Positions 59,433-64,000 of a stretch of 64,000 nucleotides of DNA are shown here, piece by piece (position 1 is the first letter of the stretch; each line of letters begins with the position of its first letter). The notes beneath the pieces are model-generated. The model was not told where the DNA came from and made no database searches. It saw nothing but the letters and a program-made list of their open reading frames with translations. Both the position numbers and the translations under genes were made by a program. Where the stretch lies: the NCBI GenBank assembly GCA_964463045.1, contig CAYXAU010000007.1, positions 39,916-103,915 on the forward strand, given 5' to 3'. Source of the stretch: an uncultured Candidatus Sumerlaeota bacterium. Lineage in GTDB: Bacteria; Sumerlaeota; Sumerlaeia; MVZB01; JAJFLK01.

Positions 59433-60530
59433 CTATTCGCTCGGCAGATCGGCGGTCCGAGCGGTCGGGTCCGACATGGGAGGGAGCGGCGCGCTGGGAA
59501 TCGGTTCGTACCAGAAGGTCGCCGCCGACCAATCGGCCTGCGTTTCGGCGAGCCCCTGGCGCCAGGCGATTTGCTGGATCGTGACACGGCATTCCCGACG
59601 CCAGAGGATCGGGTCGGGCAGGTGCCAGCGGTACATGGAGTGGAACCGGCCCTGGCTGAGGCTGGCGCCATGATAGAGGAACGGCGTTTGTTGCAAACCG
59701 TAGGATAGGCCGACCCAATCTTCCGTGCCGGTTCCGCAGAGGGTGGGGAAGTCCGTGTCGCCGTCCATATAGACCTTGATTTCCCCTTCGCCCCACCAGT
59801 CGTCGTCGAGTGCGCGCACGCCAACGACGGCGCCAAGGAATCGGCCCGGGCCGCGGCGTTGAGGCAGAAGGACGAAATCCTCCTTGGGCGTCGTCGGATT
59901 CTGCCGGTCGAAGCGGACGTGGAGCCGGCCGACGCGCCGGGGATGACGGTCGCCGAGCGTGTAATCGATCTGATAGTAGATCGTGACCGGCGCCTCAGTC
60001 TCGTTGGTCAGCGTCAGGCGCGCTCGGCGTCGGAACGGCATGGGGAGCCAGATGTTGAGGCCGGCGCGCTCGCCGACCGAATGCGCGGCCGATTGATAGG
60101 CCATGACCTTCCCGTGAGCAAAGCCGAAGAAGTCCCCCAGGGGGCATTCGACGCTCGGGTGGGCCTGATCGTCCCAGTAGGCGCGAATCACGAAAGACCG
60201 GAGGGTTTGGGGCCGGCGATCGCCGAGGGTGAGCCAGATGTGCCGGATCGTCCCGGGGCCCTGGATATCGACCAAGTCGACGGTCTCGCCCGGCTCGAAG
60301 CGCCGGTTCGGGGCCCCCTTGCGGCCGACCCCCAGCCGGCTGGCGGCGCGCCCGCCCATGCCCGGCTCACCGGTCGGATTCTCGAAGGAAATCGACCGGG
60401 AGAAGGCGCGGGCCTCGAGCCGGTAAGGTTCTTCAACGTAACTCTGCCCATGAGGGGGGACGGCGCAACCGCCCAGGCCCAAGCTCACGGCCCAAGGCAA
60501 GAACCCACGAACCATCCGGGCGCGTGACAT
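59433..60530 (-). CDS. Secreted DUF2961-like protein (GH172-like beta-jelly-roll family)
   Basis: Signal peptide. Motifs IWLPMPF, TLCGTGTEDW and YRWHLPDPI resemble DUF2961. This is from memory of the family. Confidence 0.55.
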   Translation of the reverse strand: MSRARMVRGFLPWAVSLGLGGCAVPPHGQSYVEEPYRLEARAFSRSISFENPTGEPGMGGRAASRLGVGRKGAPNRRFEPGETVDLVDIQGPGTIRHIWLTLGDRRPQTLRSFVIRAYWDDQAHPSVECPLGDFFGFAHGKVMAYQSAAHSVGERAGLNIWLPMPFRRRARLTLTNETEAPVTIYYQIDYTLGDRHPRRVGRLHVRFDRQNPTTPKEDFVLLPQRRGPGRFLGAVVGVRALDDDWWGEGEIKVYMDGDTDFPTLCGTGTEDWVGLSYGLQQTPFLYHGASLSQGRFHSMYRWHLPDPILWRRECRVTIQQIAWRQGLAETQADWSAATFWYEPIPSAPLPPMSDPTARTADLPSE

Positions 60531-60589
60531 CAGTTCTCCTCCGTTAAGGGGCTTTGACGCGGCGGCGAGGGGCGTTCAGGCGGCCTTCC

Positions 60590-61807
60590 TCACCCGGCCT
60601 CCATCAACAGATAGAGCCGAAGGAGCTCGTTGGGGAAAACCCATTCTCCCCGGGAGGCACCGGGCCGCAGCCCACCCAATTTCTTCATCCGTTGAAGGAA
60701 GCTATTGAGTTTGCGCTTTTCGCTCTCGCTCAGCCGCCTCTCGACGTCGGCTTTGCTGAAAGAGAGACCGACGTCCATCGCGCCGATCTTCTTCAGGATG
60801 GAATGATAATCCGCGCTCCGCAGGGCGTGTTGAATGGACGCAAAGTATTTTCGTCCGACGGCGTCGGCCGCCGCCAGGATGCCCAATTGGGCCACCTCCG
60901 GCGTAATTAGATGGGCCTGGGATCGCCAAAAGGTCTGCTCCCCGATCTCATGCATCAGCTTGGGCTGGCCACCCGCCCAGCGCGCCATGAGCCCCAAGGC
61001 CTTCTTTTCCACCCTGAAACCGACGCTCTGGAAGGCTTTGACGTAGAACGCCTTGACCTGGACCTCCTCCAAGGGGCTGATCTCGGCGATCTGGAAGATG
61101 CGGGCGATCGAAGGCTGATGACGAATCATCTCTTCGCGCCGCTCGGGGGCGCCCGTGAGGATCAACAGGAGCGGCAGGGGCCGGCCGCCGACCGCGATCT
61201 CGGCAACCGTGCTTTTCAGGAGACTTGCGAATCGCGGTTCGGAGGTAATTCCATTCAAGTCATCCAGGACCAGAATCATACCGGCATGATGCTCAGCCAA
61301 GGAGAGATGGATCTGACGAAGAAACCCGAGGAAACCGCGGGACATTTCGGCGGCGTCGCGGCGAACGGCCTCCAGGTTCAGCGTCACGCCGAATAGGGTG
61401 AGTTCTTTGACGTAGCGACCCAACAAGCCGCGAAGTCGATCGAACTGCCCCCGGGAATGCGCCTGCTGGACGACGCTGGAGACGACCTGGCCGATCATTT
61501 CCTCAAGGGTCGCAACGCCCCCCAGGAAGACGTGAAAGCCCGTCAATTGGCATTCGCGCTCGGCCGCTTCGCGCACAAACGCGGCCACCGAGCTCTTGCC
61601 GATCCCGTACTCGCCGGTGATGAAAACGTTCTCTTGCTTGCGGAGAGCGACCTGCCGAGCCGCCCGCATGATCATCTCGACTTCGGCCTCTCGCCCCACG
61701 AAGAGCTCGGGTGGGACCGGCCGCCCCGGGCTAAAGGGACTCCGGTCCTTCGGGATGGCCTGGTCCCGGCGGCCGGGCCCGCCCCCCGTGAACTGGCTCC
61801 TCCTCAT
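60590..61807 (-). CDS. ATPase_2/Arch_ATPase-type P-loop ATPase (orphan STAND-like ATP-binding protein)
   Basis: N-terminal FVGREAEVEMI followed by Walker A GEYGIGKSS and Walker B ILVLDDLNG. Length is 405 aa. Confidence 0.6.
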   Translation of the reverse strand: MRRSQFTGGGPGRRDQAIPKDRSPFSPGRPVPPELFVGREAEVEMIMRAARQVALRKQENVFITGEYGIGKSSVAAFVREAAERECQLTGFHVFLGGVATLEEMIGQVVSSVVQQAHSRGQFDRLRGLLGRYVKELTLFGVTLNLEAVRRDAAEMSRGFLGFLRQIHLSLAEHHAGMILVLDDLNGITSEPRFASLLKSTVAEIAVGGRPLPLLLILTGAPERREEMIRHQPSIARIFQIAEISPLEEVQVKAFYVKAFQSVGFRVEKKALGLMARWAGGQPKLMHEIGEQTFWRSQAHLITPEVAQLGILAAADAVGRKYFASIQHALRSADYHSILKKIGAMDVGLSFSKADVERRLSESEKRKLNSFLQRMKKLGGLRPGASRGEWVFPNELLRLYLLMEAG

Positions 61808-61835
61808 GGCCTACACGTCCGAGCGGCGCTCGGGG

Positions 61836-63794
<1,959 letters not shown>

Positions 63795-64000
63795 GGGTGA
63801 GGCTCTGTCAGGTTCGGTTCGAGGGACGGGCCCGCGGCCGGTCGGCCCGGTCCGCCCGTCACGCCTGTCGATGGGCCGGCGGGAACCGTACCAAAAAGCC
63901 GGAGAGGGTTCAAGCCCGCGGCGCGACCGAGCGGCCTCGGCGGCCGACCCGCCCCCGGGCGTCGCCCCGTCGGCGGCGCGAATCGGATTATTTCGATGCC

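Overview
This is a 64 kb chromosomal segment of a visibly GC-rich genome (about 65-70% by eye). It is densely coding, with about 48 protein genes and no rRNA, tRNA, CRISPR array or transposase/integrase genes detected. Several families point to the Planctomycetota/Verrucomicrobiota (PVC) superphylum: a 'membrane-bound dehydrogenase + HEAT + CxxCH' PVC-type heme-binding protein, a Cys-type sulfatase and a PQQ dehydrogenase. Arg/Pro-rich C-terminal tails on housekeeping proteins fit the same picture. The core content is housekeeping. It includes an Hsp20-Lon pair, the rpsB-tsf-pyrH-frr-uppS-cdsA cluster, mreB, hisF, acs and genes of acyl-CoA metabolism. Accessory content includes a CusCBA-type heavy-metal RND efflux operon, a penicillin/AHL-acylase, three large GT-C-like polytopic membrane proteins, and a polysaccharide-type cluster (GT4 + TagF-like + radical-SAM/SPASM). 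The two most unusual observations are described next. First, a Fur-family regulator lies next to a probable selenoprotein. Two ORFs in the same frame are joined by a single TGA, giving a U-P-M-C (UxxC) motif. A GC hairpin starts exactly 11 nt downstream, and the flanking sequence resembles the C-terminal half of glycine/D-proline reductase selenoprotein B. Second, an AT-rich island between mreB and the neighbouring hydrolase carries six same-orientation DnaA-box-like motifs at 12-bp phasing, including a perfect TTATCCACA. This is a candidate oriC or DnaA-regulated site. Also notable is a NuCoA-motif NUDIX (CoA pyrophosphatase) fused to a glyoxalase-II-like MBL domain, in an apparent operon with mreB and a YceD/DUF177 gene.
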